DNA of 64,000 bases, taken from contig JAFUNC010000001.1 of NCBI GenBank assembly GCA_017473115.1, positions 183,104-247,103 of the forward strand, read 5' to 3'. The DNA is from Lachnospiraceae bacterium. Its GTDB lineage: Bacteria; Bacillota; Clostridia; Lachnospirales; Lachnospiraceae. Position numbers and translations under genes: made by a program. Each line of letters begins with the position of its first letter. Position 1 is the stretch's first letter. Shown here piece after piece: positions 43,188 to 52,993 of this stretch. The notes under the pieces were generated by a model, which was not told where the DNA came from, did not search any database, and saw nothing but the letters and a program-made list of their open reading frames with translations.

Positions 43188-44099
43188 TTATACTTCCGTA
43201 TCCACTTCAATTCCGGTCAAATCCGCTTCCAGAAGACTCATACTGTTTTTGATTTCCTGCAGAGATTTTTGAGCCTTGCTTGTTTCGGTGTTTGCTCGGG
43301 CAATTTTCATCAAATCTTCCAGCGGAATGTCGGGTGTGTTGTTTTCCTGATTTTCTGCCTTGGCTTTCTCAACCGCTTCTTTGGTTTGTTCGATCATTGC
43401 TTCCTGCAAAGCACGCTTTTCCTGAATGTCTTCCAGTTTTTCTTCTTTGATTTCTTTCTGTTCGGCGGCTTCTTCCGCTTTTTCCTGTGCTTCTTCCATC
43501 TTTTCTTCGATGTTTTCTTTGGCTTCCTGCATTACCATTCCGATGATTTCTTCATCGGCAGCAGCATAGATGGCATCTGCGGTGTTCTGCGCATCCAGCA
43601 TAGGATTGGATTTCAGGCGTTCAATGGTAATCTTGCGGATATCGGCCACGTCATCTTTCATCATTTTATCGGCATCTTCAATCTGCTTCTTCAATTCGCC
43701 CATTGGTTCTTTTAAGTCAGAATACGCCTGTTTTAATTCCGAAGGCCAGTCCTTGTAATCTGTCTCCTCCGTAACGCCGTATTCTTTTTTTAAGGCATCT
43801 ATTTGGTTGTTGATATCATTGATTTGGGACTGTGCTTCATTTTTAAGCGCAAGCATCTCCTGATAATGGTCATGACGCTCCTGAATGCTTTTGTCAATTT
43901 CCTTATCCGTATCCCAGGCATCGCCTACAACTTTCATAGCCTTTTTCTGTGCTTCCATGCGTTTTTCGGCAATGGGGTCTGTTGCCGGGCTCATATTTCT
44001 CGCAAAAACAGTATTTCGTTTATCCGGTTCCGTATTGCTGGGTGTTAAAATCCCTTTTATGCCCAGCGCAGTATGATTTGCATTGATGTTAATTGCCAT
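43188..44099 (-). CDS. Hypothetical coiled-coil protein
   Basis: AAGGAGGAG RBS; Glu/Lys/Gln-rich heptads; no TM. Confidence 0.8.
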   Translation of the reverse strand: MAININANHTALGIKGILTPSNTEPDKRNTVFARNMSPATDPIAEKRMEAQKKAMKVVGDAWDTDKEIDKSIQERHDHYQEMLALKNEAQSQINDINNQIDALKKEYGVTEETDYKDWPSELKQAYSDLKEPMGELKKQIEDADKMMKDDVADIRKITIERLKSNPMLDAQNTADAIYAAADEEIIGMVMQEAKENIEEKMEEAQEKAEEAAEQKEIKEEKLEDIQEKRALQEAMIEQTKEAVEKAKAENQENNTPDIPLEDLMKIARANTETSKAQKSLQEIKNSMSLLEADLTGIEVDTEV

Positions 44100-44146
44100 A
44101 CAATCTCCTCCTTGAGAACTGTAGATAAATGATGCCTTATAAAATT

Positions 44147-44174
44147 ATATCGGCAAGAAAGAATAATTATATTA
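44147..44174 (-). promoter_or_regulatory. Putative sigma-28 (FliA/SigD) promoter
   Basis: GCCGATAT -10 element at 44154-44147; weak TAAT -35 about 16 bp upstream. Confidence 0.55.
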
Positions 44175-44271
44175 CTATAGTAGTTATGAAATTTGTTGTC
44201 AATTTAATAAAAAGGTGGCACAATAGAATAAATACAAAAGAAAACGGTTCGATTCGTTTACGGGAGGAAAT

Positions 44272-44610
44272 ATGAAAAAATTATGGTATACATTTTTAGC
44301 ATTTTTTCCATTGATTGATGTGATTGTAAGCGTGGTGCTTATGATTGTAAGTATGGTTTTGATGGTTTCGATTGCTGCGGGAAGTGTGGATGCGTCGGCA
44401 GCATTGCCCAGCGTCCTGTTATGGATTAGTATTGCCGGTATTATTCTTGGCATTGTATTCTGTATCTGGGGTGCCGTGGTTTTTACGGCCCACGCAAAGA
44501 ACAATGAACGTTTGGAAGGAAATGCCAAAGGAATCTGGATCGGTTCCTTTGTTACTTTAATCTGTTTTGCTTTCCCGGTATATTGGTGGAAATGCATCCG
44601 TAAATCATAA
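44272..44610 (+). CDS. Small three-TM membrane protein
   Basis: GGAGG RBS; three hydrophobic segments; hairpin terminator at about 44630-44675. Confidence 0.75.
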   Translation: MKKLWYTFLAFFPLIDVIVSVVLMIVSMVLMVSIAAGSVDASAALPSVLLWISIAGIILGIVFCIWGAVVFTAHAKNNERLEGNAKGIWIGSFVTLICFAFPVYWWKCIRKS

Positions 44611-44725
44611 TAAAAGATGAGTTGCTGTCAATCCGAAATCGTATTATACTATGCTGGTACGATTTCGGATTTTTTATTTTAAAAAAGTATGAAATGAATT
44701 AAAAAGAACTAAAACGGAGATTTTT

Positions 44726-46054
44726 ATGAAGGTGCAATTATCGGATCATTTTACATACGGCAAATTATTCCGCTTCACCCTGCCGCCGATTTTTATGATG
44801 ATTTTTACATCGATTTACGGCGTGGTGGATGGATTTTTTGTGTCCAATTACGTAGGAAAAACGCCTTTTGCGGCGGTGAATCTAATCTATCCGTTTTTAA
44901 TGCTTCTGGGTGCTTTTGGATTTATGTTCGGTTCCGGAGGCAGCGCTTTGATTGCCAAGACGTTGGGCGAGGGCGACAAGATAAAAGCAAAGAAGTTATT
45001 TTCACTTTTTATCTATGTAAGTATAGTGCTTGCTATAATAATAATGGGAGTGAGTTTCTTTTGTCTGCGACCAATCGCGGTGCTTTTGGGAGCAGAGGGG
45101 GAATTGATCGACTACTGCGTCATTTACGGACAGATTTTGCTTGTGGCTCTTCCTTTTTTTATCCTGCAGTTTGAGTTTCAAACCTTTTTTATCACGGCAG
45201 AGAAGCCGGGGCTTGGATTGTTTGTAACCATATTTTCCGGCGTAACCAATATGGTGTTGGATTATGTATTTCTCGCAATTTTTGATTGGGGCTTGCCGGG
45301 AGCCGCATGGGCAACAGCGGCCAGCCAGATTGTGGGAGGCGTGATTTCACTGGTGTATTTTGCAGTGCCCAATCAGAGTTTATTGCGGCTGACCGCTACG
45401 GGGATAGATATTAGGGCGTTGATAAAAGCCTGTACCAACGGAGCGTCAGAGTTTGTTACCAACATTTCCATGTCTCTGGTAAGTATGCTGTATAATTTTC
45501 AGTTGATGCGTTATGCCGGTGAAAACGGTGTGGCGGCCTATGGTGTTTTGATGTATGTATCCTTTGTCTTTGTAGCGATTTTCCTTGGATATTCGGTTGG
45601 TGTGTCTCCGGTGGTAAGTTTTCACTTCGGGGCAAAGCATCCGAAAGAGTTAAAAAATTTGCTGAAGAAAAGTTGTATTATTATTGTTGCCTTTTCGGTT
45701 ACCATGGTTATCGCAGGCGAAGTACTGGCAATACCCCTCTCCAAATTGTATGTAGGCTATGACCCGGAACTCTTTGATATGACGCAAAAGGCCTTTTTGA
45801 TTTATTCCTTTTCTTTCCTGTTTACGGGGGTAGGTATTTTGGGGTCGGCCTTTTTTACCGCACTAAATGACGGTTTGGTTTCAGCGGTTATATCGTTCCT
45901 TCGCACCTTTTTGTTCCAGGTGGTGGCGGTGCTTCTGCTCCCTTTATTTCTGGGTCTGGAAGGCATTTGGTGTGCGGTTATTGTGGCAGAGTTGCTATCG
46001 ACGGTAGTAACCGTGATATTCTTAGCGGCAAATAAAAAGAAGTACGGATATTAG
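44726..46054 (+). CDS. MATE family efflux transporter
   Basis: YGVVDGFFVSN, NMVLDYVF, GAAWAT; about 12 TMs. Confidence 0.93.
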   Translation: MKVQLSDHFTYGKLFRFTLPPIFMMIFTSIYGVVDGFFVSNYVGKTPFAAVNLIYPFLMLLGAFGFMFGSGGSALIAKTLGEGDKIKAKKLFSLFIYVSIVLAIIIMGVSFFCLRPIAVLLGAEGELIDYCVIYGQILLVALPFFILQFEFQTFFITAEKPGLGLFVTIFSGVTNMVLDYVFLAIFDWGLPGAAWATAASQIVGGVISLVYFAVPNQSLLRLTATGIDIRALIKACTNGASEFVTNISMSLVSMLYNFQLMRYAGENGVAAYGVLMYVSFVFVAIFLGYSVGVSPVVSFHFGAKHPKELKNLLKKSCIIIVAFSVTMVIAGEVLAIPLSKLYVGYDPELFDMTQKAFLIYSFSFLFTGVGILGSAFFTALNDGLVSAVISFLRTFLFQVVAVLLLPLFLGLEGIWCAVIVAELLSTVVTVIFLAANKKKYGY

Positions 46055-46274
46055 TCCCGATTTGTTTTTTGTGATTAGGTAGATTATATGTTGCGTGAGT
46101 GTTTACTTCCAACAGGACACGTTCTCACTCGCTCAACTACGTAGCAGTACTAAATTCGCAAGAAAATATTCTTGCTCATTAAGTGCTGACGCAGTTGAAA
46201 CGGTCCTTTATGGAATGTAAACACTCACGCAACATTTTACCAAATCAAAATACAGAAAAACAAATCGGGACTAA
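46051..46274. repeat. Long palindromic intergenic element, copy A (MITE-like or structured RNA)
   Basis: 19-bp perfect terminal inverted repeat TTAGTCCCGATTTGTTTTT / AAAAACAAATCGGGACTAA; nested IR ATGTTGCGTGAGTGTTTAC / GTAAACACTCACGCAACAT; inner hairpins. Confidence 0.85.
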
Positions 46275-46399
46275 GGTTATATATGTGATTTTTTGGTGAT
46301 AATGGAAATATTCATTGACATATAAAAATAAAATGCATAACATAAGATTGTTTGATAGATGTAGAAGAAATATCCTTTTTGAAGAAGGAGGAAACGTTA

Positions 46400-48235
46400 G
46401 TGTTTCAGATTTTAAAATATTTACGCAAAAGAGAAATACTGTTTATGTTGGGAACCATTCTGGTTACTACATTGCAGGTATTTTTGGAATTAAAATTGCC
46501 GGATTATATGAATGCAATTACCACTACGGTAATTACTCCCGGCAGTCCCATGTCGGAGATTTGGAGAGCCGGCGGAATGATGCTTTTGTGTTCATTCGGC
46601 GGTTTGGTTGCATCTGTTATAGTGGGTTTTTTCTGTGCAAAAGTGGCAACCGGTTTTTCCATGAGATTACGCAGCAAGGTGTATGACAAGGTTACCGGGT
46701 TTTCCATGGAGGAAATTAACGGTTTCTCTACGGCAAGTTTGATTACCCGTTCCACCAACGATATTATGCATGTGCAGATGTTTCTTGTGATGGGTACGGC
46801 GATTATGTTCCGTGCAATCATTATGGCATCTATGGCCATCGGTAAAATCTACAGCAAGAGTTGGCAGTGGACGGTAAGTACCGCAATCGCAGTACTTCTT
46901 TTGCTGCTGTTGATTGTTTCGCTGATTATTATCGTACTTCCGAAATTTAAAATCATTCAAACGCTGACGGATAATTTAAACCGTGTTACCCGCGAAAATC
47001 TTACGGGTATCCGCGTGGTCCGTGCCTATAATGCGGAAGATTTCCAGGAAGGCAAGTTTGAAGAAGCGAATGAGGAACTGACTAAGACCCATTTGTTTAC
47101 TCAGCGATCCATGGCAGTGATGGGCCCTGGTATGTCTATTATTATGAACGGTCTTTCTTTGGCGGTTTACTGGATTGGTGCGTATCTGATTAACGAAGCA
47201 GGTTCTCCCGATGAAAAAATAATGATGTTTTCGGATATGGTTGTTTTTTCTTCCTATGCGATGCAGGTGGTAATGTCTTTTATGATGCTTACCATGATTT
47301 TTATCATTCTGCCCAGAGCATCCGTATCTGCGAAGCGTATTATGGAAGTGCTGGATACCCAGACCAAGATTATGGATGGTGTTGTAGGAAGTGCCAATGG
47401 GGCAAGCGCATCGGAAGAAGACCAAGATAGTACTGATAAAAAAGAAGCGGCAGGGGGTCAAAATACAGCGCAGAATGACATTCACGAAGTCATCTTTGAT
47501 AACGTTACCTTCCGCTATCCCGATGCGTCAGATGCGGTGCTTGAAAATATTAATTTTAAGGCGAAATCCGGCGAAACGGTGGCGTTCATCGGTTCTACCG
47601 GTAGTGGTAAGTCAACCTTGATTCATCTGGTACCGCGTTTTTATGATGTGACCGAAGGTCGGATTCTGGTAGACGGCGTAGATGTTTGTGAGTATACACA
47701 AGAAGCATTAAGAAATAAAATCGGTCTCGTGCCGCAGCGTGCGGTTTTATTTGCGGGAACCATCCGTTCCAACGTTGCTTACGGTGAAAACGGTAAGCAG
47801 GAAGAATACAGCGACGAAGAAATTTGGGAAGCACTTCGCATTGCCCAAGCAGAAGATTTTGTATCCAAACTGGATCAAAAATTAGATGCTGATGTGGCCC
47901 AGGGCGGCACCAATTTCTCAGGCGGTCAGAAACAACGATTGTCCATCGCAAGAGCGATTTGCAGACGCCCGGATATTTACATTTTTGATGATTCCTTCTC
48001 GGCGTTGGATTATAAAACAGACCGCGTGTTACGCGGTGAATTGGCGAAAGTAACCGGAAATGCCATTACATTATTGGTGGCTCAGCGTATCGGTACCATT
48101 CTGGATGCAGACCAAATCATTGTTTTGGATGACGGTAAAATTGTGGGCAAAGGCACCCACAAGGAGTTGATGCAGACCTGTGAAGTGTATCAGCAGATTG
48201 CCTATTCTCAGTTATCAAAGGAGGAATTGGCATAA
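46400..48235 (+). CDS. ABC exporter, fused TMD-NBD (degenerate-site subunit)
   Basis: GSTGSGKS, FSGGQKQR, IFDDSFSALD, VAQR; GTG start at 46400 after AAGGAGG. Confidence 0.92.
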   Translation: MFQILKYLRKREILFMLGTILVTTLQVFLELKLPDYMNAITTTVITPGSPMSEIWRAGGMMLLCSFGGLVASVIVGFFCAKVATGFSMRLRSKVYDKVTGFSMEEINGFSTASLITRSTNDIMHVQMFLVMGTAIMFRAIIMASMAIGKIYSKSWQWTVSTAIAVLLLLLLIVSLIIIVLPKFKIIQTLTDNLNRVTRENLTGIRVVRAYNAEDFQEGKFEEANEELTKTHLFTQRSMAVMGPGMSIIMNGLSLAVYWIGAYLINEAGSPDEKIMMFSDMVVFSSYAMQVVMSFMMLTMIFIILPRASVSAKRIMEVLDTQTKIMDGVVGSANGASASEEDQDSTDKKEAAGGQNTAQNDIHEVIFDNVTFRYPDASDAVLENINFKAKSGETVAFIGSTGSGKSTLIHLVPRFYDVTEGRILVDGVDVCEYTQEALRNKIGLVPQRAVLFAGTIRSNVAYGENGKQEEYSDEEIWEALRIAQAEDFVSKLDQKLDADVAQGGTNFSGGQKQRLSIARAICRRPDIYIFDDSFSALDYKTDRVLRGELAKVTGNAITLLVAQRIGTILDADQIIVLDDGKIVGKGTHKELMQTCEVYQQIAYSQLSKEELA

Positions 48236-50070
48236 TGGCAAAAAAAGAGTATGAAATGGGTTCTGCAAACAACGGAAAAAGAAGAGGTCCCGGTGCCGGA
48301 CGTATTGTAGAAAAACCCAAGGATTTTAAAGGCACTTTTATCAAATTATTCAAGTACCTGAAGGGATTTCTTCCCTTTATGATATTGTCGCTGGTATTGT
48401 CTTTTATCGGCAGTATTCTGGCAGTTATCGGTCCGGATGTGATTAAGGATTTGACAGCGGTTATTGAGGCAGGAATTTTAATCGGAATCGATATGGAAGC
48501 GGTCAAAGATGTGGCGATTCTTCTGATTATCATTTACGGGGTCAGCGTTATCTTCCAGTATTTCCAGAGTCTTGTGATGGCTACCATGACTCAGAGAATG
48601 TCTAAAAAGATTCGTAAGGACATTTCAGAAAAGATTAACGTGATGCCGCTGAAGTACTTTGACTCCACCACGTTTGGTGATGTGTTGAGCCGCGTGACCA
48701 ATGATGTGGATACCATCGGTCACAGTCTGGGTCAGAGTATTACCCAGTTGGTAATGGCGGTTACCATGTTGTTAGGGTCCATCATTATGATGCTAATTAC
48801 GGATGTGACCATGACAATTGCGGCGATTTTATCCTCTTTGATTGGTTTTGCTTTTATGAGTCTGATTTTGGGTAAGTCCCAGAAGTATTTCGTGGGACAG
48901 CAGAAGTATCTGGGTATGATTAACGGTCATGTAGAGGAAGTTTATGCCGGCCACAATGTATTAAAAGCCTATAACGGCGAGCGCAAAGCCAAGGAAGAGT
49001 TTGAAGAGATTAATGAGAAACTCTGCACCAGTGCATTTAAAGCCCAGTTTTTATCGGGACTGATGCATCCTTTTATGGGATTTGTAGGTAACTTAGGATA
49101 TGTGGTAGTCTGTGTAACCGGCGCAGCGCTTGTTATGATGGATAAAATTGATTTCCCCGTTATCGTGGCCTTCACGATGTATGTGCGACTTTTTACCCAG
49201 CCCTTATCCCAGATTGCGCAGTCCATGAACAGTCTGCAGTCTACGGCAGCGGCCTCCGAACGTATTTTTGAATTTATTGAAGAACCGCCTATGGAGGACG
49301 AAAGCCATAAAACCAAAGTACTGAGAGGCGAGGATGTCAAAGGAGCGATTGAATTTGAGCATGTAAAATTTGGTTATGATCCGGAGAAGATTATTATCAA
49401 AGATTTCTCTGTGAAAATCAAACCCGGCCAGAAGATTGCCATTGTCGGTCCTACCGGTGCGGGTAAAACCACCATGGTAAACTTACTGATGCGTTTTTAT
49501 GAAGTAAACAGCGGTTCCATCAGCATCGACGGCACGCCGGTTTCCGAGCTGACCCGCGAAAATATCCACGATTTGTTCGGTATGGTGCTTCAGGACACCT
49601 GGTTATTTGAGGGAACCATCCGCGATAATATTGTCTACGGCAAGGAAGGCGTGACGGATGAAATGCTTGATGAGGTATGTAAGGCAGCAGGCATTTATCA
49701 TTTTATCCGTACGTTGCCGAAGGGTTATGATACAATTCTAAACGATAAGGTGAATTTGTCTGCGGGACAGAAGCAGCTTATGACTATTGCAAGAGCCATG
49801 GTAGAAAATGCCCCCATGCTGATTCTGGATGAGGCAACAAGTTCCGTTGATACCAGAACGGAAGTGTTGATTCAGGAGGCCATGGACCGTCTTACCAAGG
49901 GCAGAACGTCCTTCGTAATTGCCCACCGTTTATCCACCATTCGTAACGCGGATTTGATTCTTGTTATGAAGGATGGCGATGTAATCGAAAGCGGTAACCA
50001 TGATGAACTGATGAAACAGGGCGGATTTTATTCAGAATTATATAACAGCCAGTTTGAGCAGGCAGGCTAG
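48235..50070 (+). CDS. ABC exporter, fused TMD-NBD (consensus-site subunit)
   Basis: GPTGAGKT, LSAGQKQ, ILDEATSSVD, IAHRL. Confidence 0.92.
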   Translation: MAKKEYEMGSANNGKRRGPGAGRIVEKPKDFKGTFIKLFKYLKGFLPFMILSLVLSFIGSILAVIGPDVIKDLTAVIEAGILIGIDMEAVKDVAILLIIIYGVSVIFQYFQSLVMATMTQRMSKKIRKDISEKINVMPLKYFDSTTFGDVLSRVTNDVDTIGHSLGQSITQLVMAVTMLLGSIIMMLITDVTMTIAAILSSLIGFAFMSLILGKSQKYFVGQQKYLGMINGHVEEVYAGHNVLKAYNGERKAKEEFEEINEKLCTSAFKAQFLSGLMHPFMGFVGNLGYVVVCVTGAALVMMDKIDFPVIVAFTMYVRLFTQPLSQIAQSMNSLQSTAAASERIFEFIEEPPMEDESHKTKVLRGEDVKGAIEFEHVKFGYDPEKIIIKDFSVKIKPGQKIAIVGPTGAGKTTMVNLLMRFYEVNSGSISIDGTPVSELTRENIHDLFGMVLQDTWLFEGTIRDNIVYGKEGVTDEMLDEVCKAAGIYHFIRTLPKGYDTILNDKVNLSAGQKQLMTIARAMVENAPMLILDEATSSVDTRTEVLIQEAMDRLTKGRTSFVIAHRLSTIRNADLILVMKDGDVIESGNHDELMKQGGFYSELYNSQFEQAG

Positions 50071-50166
50071 AGGCAATACGACAAGATCGGCTGGACAATT
50101 ACGTTTATATGGGTGTAGAATGTGTTCAAACATTCTGCACCCTTTTTATATAAAAGGAGATAAAAT

Positions 50167-50955
50167 ATGAAAATCTTTTTTACAGTGCTGATTATTGTTT
50201 TGGTACTTTTGATTGCGATAAGATTTATTGCATTGCAGTTTTATACAACGGAAGAACAAAAGCCGCGTACAAAATTAAAAAGAGATATACTTACAGGATT
50301 GATGATTGGTTTGGCATTATGTGTAGTTGCATTCTTTATATTTTTGCACGATCCGTTTGATTTCTATATATCGGTTCTTATATATAGTATAATTGCTTTG
50401 GTTGGCGTTTTTTGGGCATTGTTTCATATTGTGGCTCATTTGACTGTGGTTATGCCTTTGGTATTAATTTCTACCGGAATTGTAAGAAAGAAGAAAAAAC
50501 CTATTATTGTGGCGGCTGTTGTCTGGGTGCCGATTTATATAGTATTGATCATTGTATTTCTGAGTTTTCCGCTGAAGTACCCTTTGCTGAATCCCGGCAT
50601 ACTGTTTCAGGATTATGACGGAATTGTAAGGATGTACGGAGAGCCTACTTATAACGATGGCGATGTTCTTTGTTACCGCACGGAAGTCTGGTGGTATCAA
50701 TGCGGTTATTACTGTGTGAAAATGACGCCAAACGGCAGGGCATATTTTGCCTATTACGACGATTTGTATGATTCCAAGTGGATACTGGGAAGAAGCCGGG
50801 AGGAGATTGATGCAAGATTTCCAAAGGGATGGGAAGTGCCGCTCGGAACCAAATATTATCGTATTGATGCGGAAAACAGCGGAACTTACTACGTAGTTGA
50901 ATACGATGAAAGAGGTATTGCAGTTAGTTTTGATACGGATGATTCCGTACCTTAA
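50167..50955 (+). CDS. Hypothetical membrane protein with C-terminal aromatic-rich soluble domain
   Basis: AAGGAG RBS; four to five TMs followed by two short similar beta-rich units. Confidence 0.75.
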   Translation: MKIFFTVLIIVLVLLIAIRFIALQFYTTEEQKPRTKLKRDILTGLMIGLALCVVAFFIFLHDPFDFYISVLIYSIIALVGVFWALFHIVAHLTVVMPLVLISTGIVRKKKKPIIVAAVVWVPIYIVLIIVFLSFPLKYPLLNPGILFQDYDGIVRMYGEPTYNDGDVLCYRTEVWWYQCGYYCVKMTPNGRAYFAYYDDLYDSKWILGRSREEIDARFPKGWEVPLGTKYYRIDAENSGTYYVVEYDERGIAVSFDTDDSVP

Positions 50956-51000
50956 AAGAAAATCTAAAATATTTTAGTTGTATAAAACACAATCATAAAA

Positions 51001-51057
51001 AGAAAGCCGAACGACTTATTTGGACGATAAAATCCAAAGAAAGCCGGTCGGCTTTTT
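51001..51057. terminator. Bidirectional terminator
   Basis: AAAGCCGA...TCGGCTTTTT between convergent genes. Confidence 0.65.
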
Positions 51058-51712
51058 AATAATCCACAAGATTTCCGTCATAATCAATCATAACCGGAAA
51101 ATCAAATCTGCCCCAACCGTAGTTCGGTTCTTTGTCACACATGAAAAACAATAAAACAACATACAGAGGCTTGTACAGTGTTGCAAGTATCGACCAGGTC
51201 ATCGCGGACTTTTGAAATCCGAAGGTAATGAGCAGGTCATAAATTTTACGCCATTTCCAAAATACGAAAAACAAAGAATATGCCCACTGTAAAATTGTGC
51301 TCAGCAGGGGAACCATACTCAGTATAGCAGAGATAATCGGATTTAAGAGATCGTTACCGATATAAGTCCAGGCAATGGTTTCACGCTTATCGGTTTTTAC
51401 CCAGTTAAAAACGTTAAATTCACGAATGGGTAAAACAAACTCAAGGTAGTAAGTACCGTAAGGTACGAAGGCTACCCAGGCATGGCGGAAGCCCGCGTGA
51501 CGCGCCATGATAAATACAGCGATAGGACGCATAATCCGATACATAACAAAGTGAAAAACGGCAGAGATGATACTTACCAGAAGAATCGTCGCGTAAATGA
51601 CAATTCTAGTAAAAGAGGGAAGAGCAACCAGCTCTTCCCAACTTCCGACTCTGCTTAAATCATCCAAAATAAATGCTATATCTTCGATTAAGAGTAACAA
51701 TAAATAGGACAT
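51056..51712 (-). CDS. Membrane protein, paralog 4 of tandem array
   Basis: MARHAGFRHAWVAFVPYG...FNVFNWVK...WRKIYDLL...KEP. Confidence 0.8.
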   Translation of the reverse strand: MSYLLLLLIEDIAFILDDLSRVGSWEELVALPSFTRIVIYATILLVSIISAVFHFVMYRIMRPIAVFIMARHAGFRHAWVAFVPYGTYYLEFVLPIREFNVFNWVKTDKRETIAWTYIGNDLLNPIISAILSMVPLLSTILQWAYSLFFVFWKWRKIYDLLITFGFQKSAMTWSILATLYKPLYVVLLFFMCDKEPNYGWGRFDFPVMIDYDGNLVDY

Positions 51713-51725
51713 TTAAAGCTCCTTT

Positions 51726-52271
51726 TTATGCGTTATAATCCGGTTCCTTGTTCATAATGATGTATGCAAATACAGTCATAAGAAGAGGGAAGAAGATGTT
51801 AACAATGGATACCCACATTGCATGTTCAGGCATACCGTAGGTAATTAAAATATCATAATTCATTCTCCACATGATACCGTAACTGATTACAAGGTATGCA
51901 AGGATATAAGCCATAAAGAGCAACCATCCGAGTACCGGAATCATGGAAAGCAAACTCATAGGAAGAATTAATACAATATAAATTCCGGTTGCAATCAGAA
52001 AGAGCCAGAATGCTTTCGTACGGTTGTCATATTTAATCCAGTTAAAAAGATTAAACTGTCTGGGTGACAATTTTAAGGTAATATAGAAGTTACCATAGGG
52101 GATAAAAGCAAGCCATGCATTTGACATTCCCTGTCTCTTTGCCATACGGTAGAAGGGGTATTCCATTGCAATCCAAAGTGCAATTGCGATAATAAAAATA
52201 ACTGCATAAATGAGGAGTACAATTCCGATACTGAGACCGGCGTACAAAGCGTCTGAATCATAAGAGTTCAT
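51726..52271 (-). CDS. Membrane protein, paralog 3 of tandem array
   Basis: MAKRQGMSNAWLAFIPYG...FNLFNWIK...WRMNYDIL...HAMW...MNKEP. Confidence 0.8.
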   Translation of the reverse strand: MNSYDSDALYAGLSIGIVLLIYAVIFIIAIALWIAMEYPFYRMAKRQGMSNAWLAFIPYGNFYITLKLSPRQFNLFNWIKYDNRTKAFWLFLIATGIYIVLILPMSLLSMIPVLGWLLFMAYILAYLVISYGIMWRMNYDILITYGMPEHAMWVSIVNIFFPLLMTVFAYIIMNKEPDYNA

Positions 52272-52298
52272 AGTGATTTTCCTTTCGTATTTAAAATT

Positions 52299-52871
52299 TT
52301 ATATTGTGTAATCGGGTTCGTTATTCATAATAATGAAAGAGAACACCGTCATTACCAAAGGTACAAAGCAACTAACGATAGATGCCCACATTGCATGCTC
52401 CTGCATTCCGTAGGTCATCAGAATATCGTAATAGATGCGCCAGTTAAAAACGTATATGGCAAAAGAGAACGCCAACATTACCATATAGTTCACAAAGATA
52501 AACAAAAACTGTATGATGGGGATATTACAAAGAATGGCCATTACAATGCTAACCCCAAAATATCCGCCGTAGCCGATGAGTGCGTACCAGAATACTTTGG
52601 TACGGTCATTGGTTTTAATCCAGTTAAAAATATTAAATTCCCTGCGGGACAAATTTAAGAGAATGTATAAGCATCCAAAAGGAATAAAAACAAGCCAAGG
52701 ATTCGGGAGTCCTGCTCTTTTGGCCATTTTATAATAAGGGAAAGATAATGCAATTCCCAGAGCAATGGCAAATATAAAAATAAATACCCAGAATACCATA
52801 ATCATGCCAAAAGTTAAAAAGGGAAAAAGTACATACAATCCTGCCAATAAAGATTCTGCTTCGCCGGACAT
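52299..52871 (-). CDS. Membrane protein, paralog 2 of tandem array
   Basis: MAKRAGLPNPWLVFIPFG...FNIFNWIK...WRIYYDIL...HAMW...MNNEP. Confidence 0.8.
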   Translation of the reverse strand: MSGEAESLLAGLYVLFPFLTFGMIMVFWVFIFIFAIALGIALSFPYYKMAKRAGLPNPWLVFIPFGCLYILLNLSRREFNIFNWIKTNDRTKVFWYALIGYGGYFGVSIVMAILCNIPIIQFLFIFVNYMVMLAFSFAIYVFNWRIYYDILMTYGMQEHAMWASIVSCFVPLVMTVFSFIIMNNEPDYTI

Positions 52872-52993
52872 AGCAAACCCTCCTTTTTAAATATTAAAAT
52901 TTAATTAAAAGATAATATATCACAAACTGTAGTTTTAAGCAAGAAAAAGCCCCAAAGTTGTTGATTTGAGGCTTATAAGACAATATTAATCAT

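Noticed and set aside
46180-46206. Hammerhead ribozyme core (CTGACG...GAAAC) in hairpin copy A
   Set aside because: It reads CUGACGC rather than CUGANGA, has no stem II, and copy B has CCGACG.
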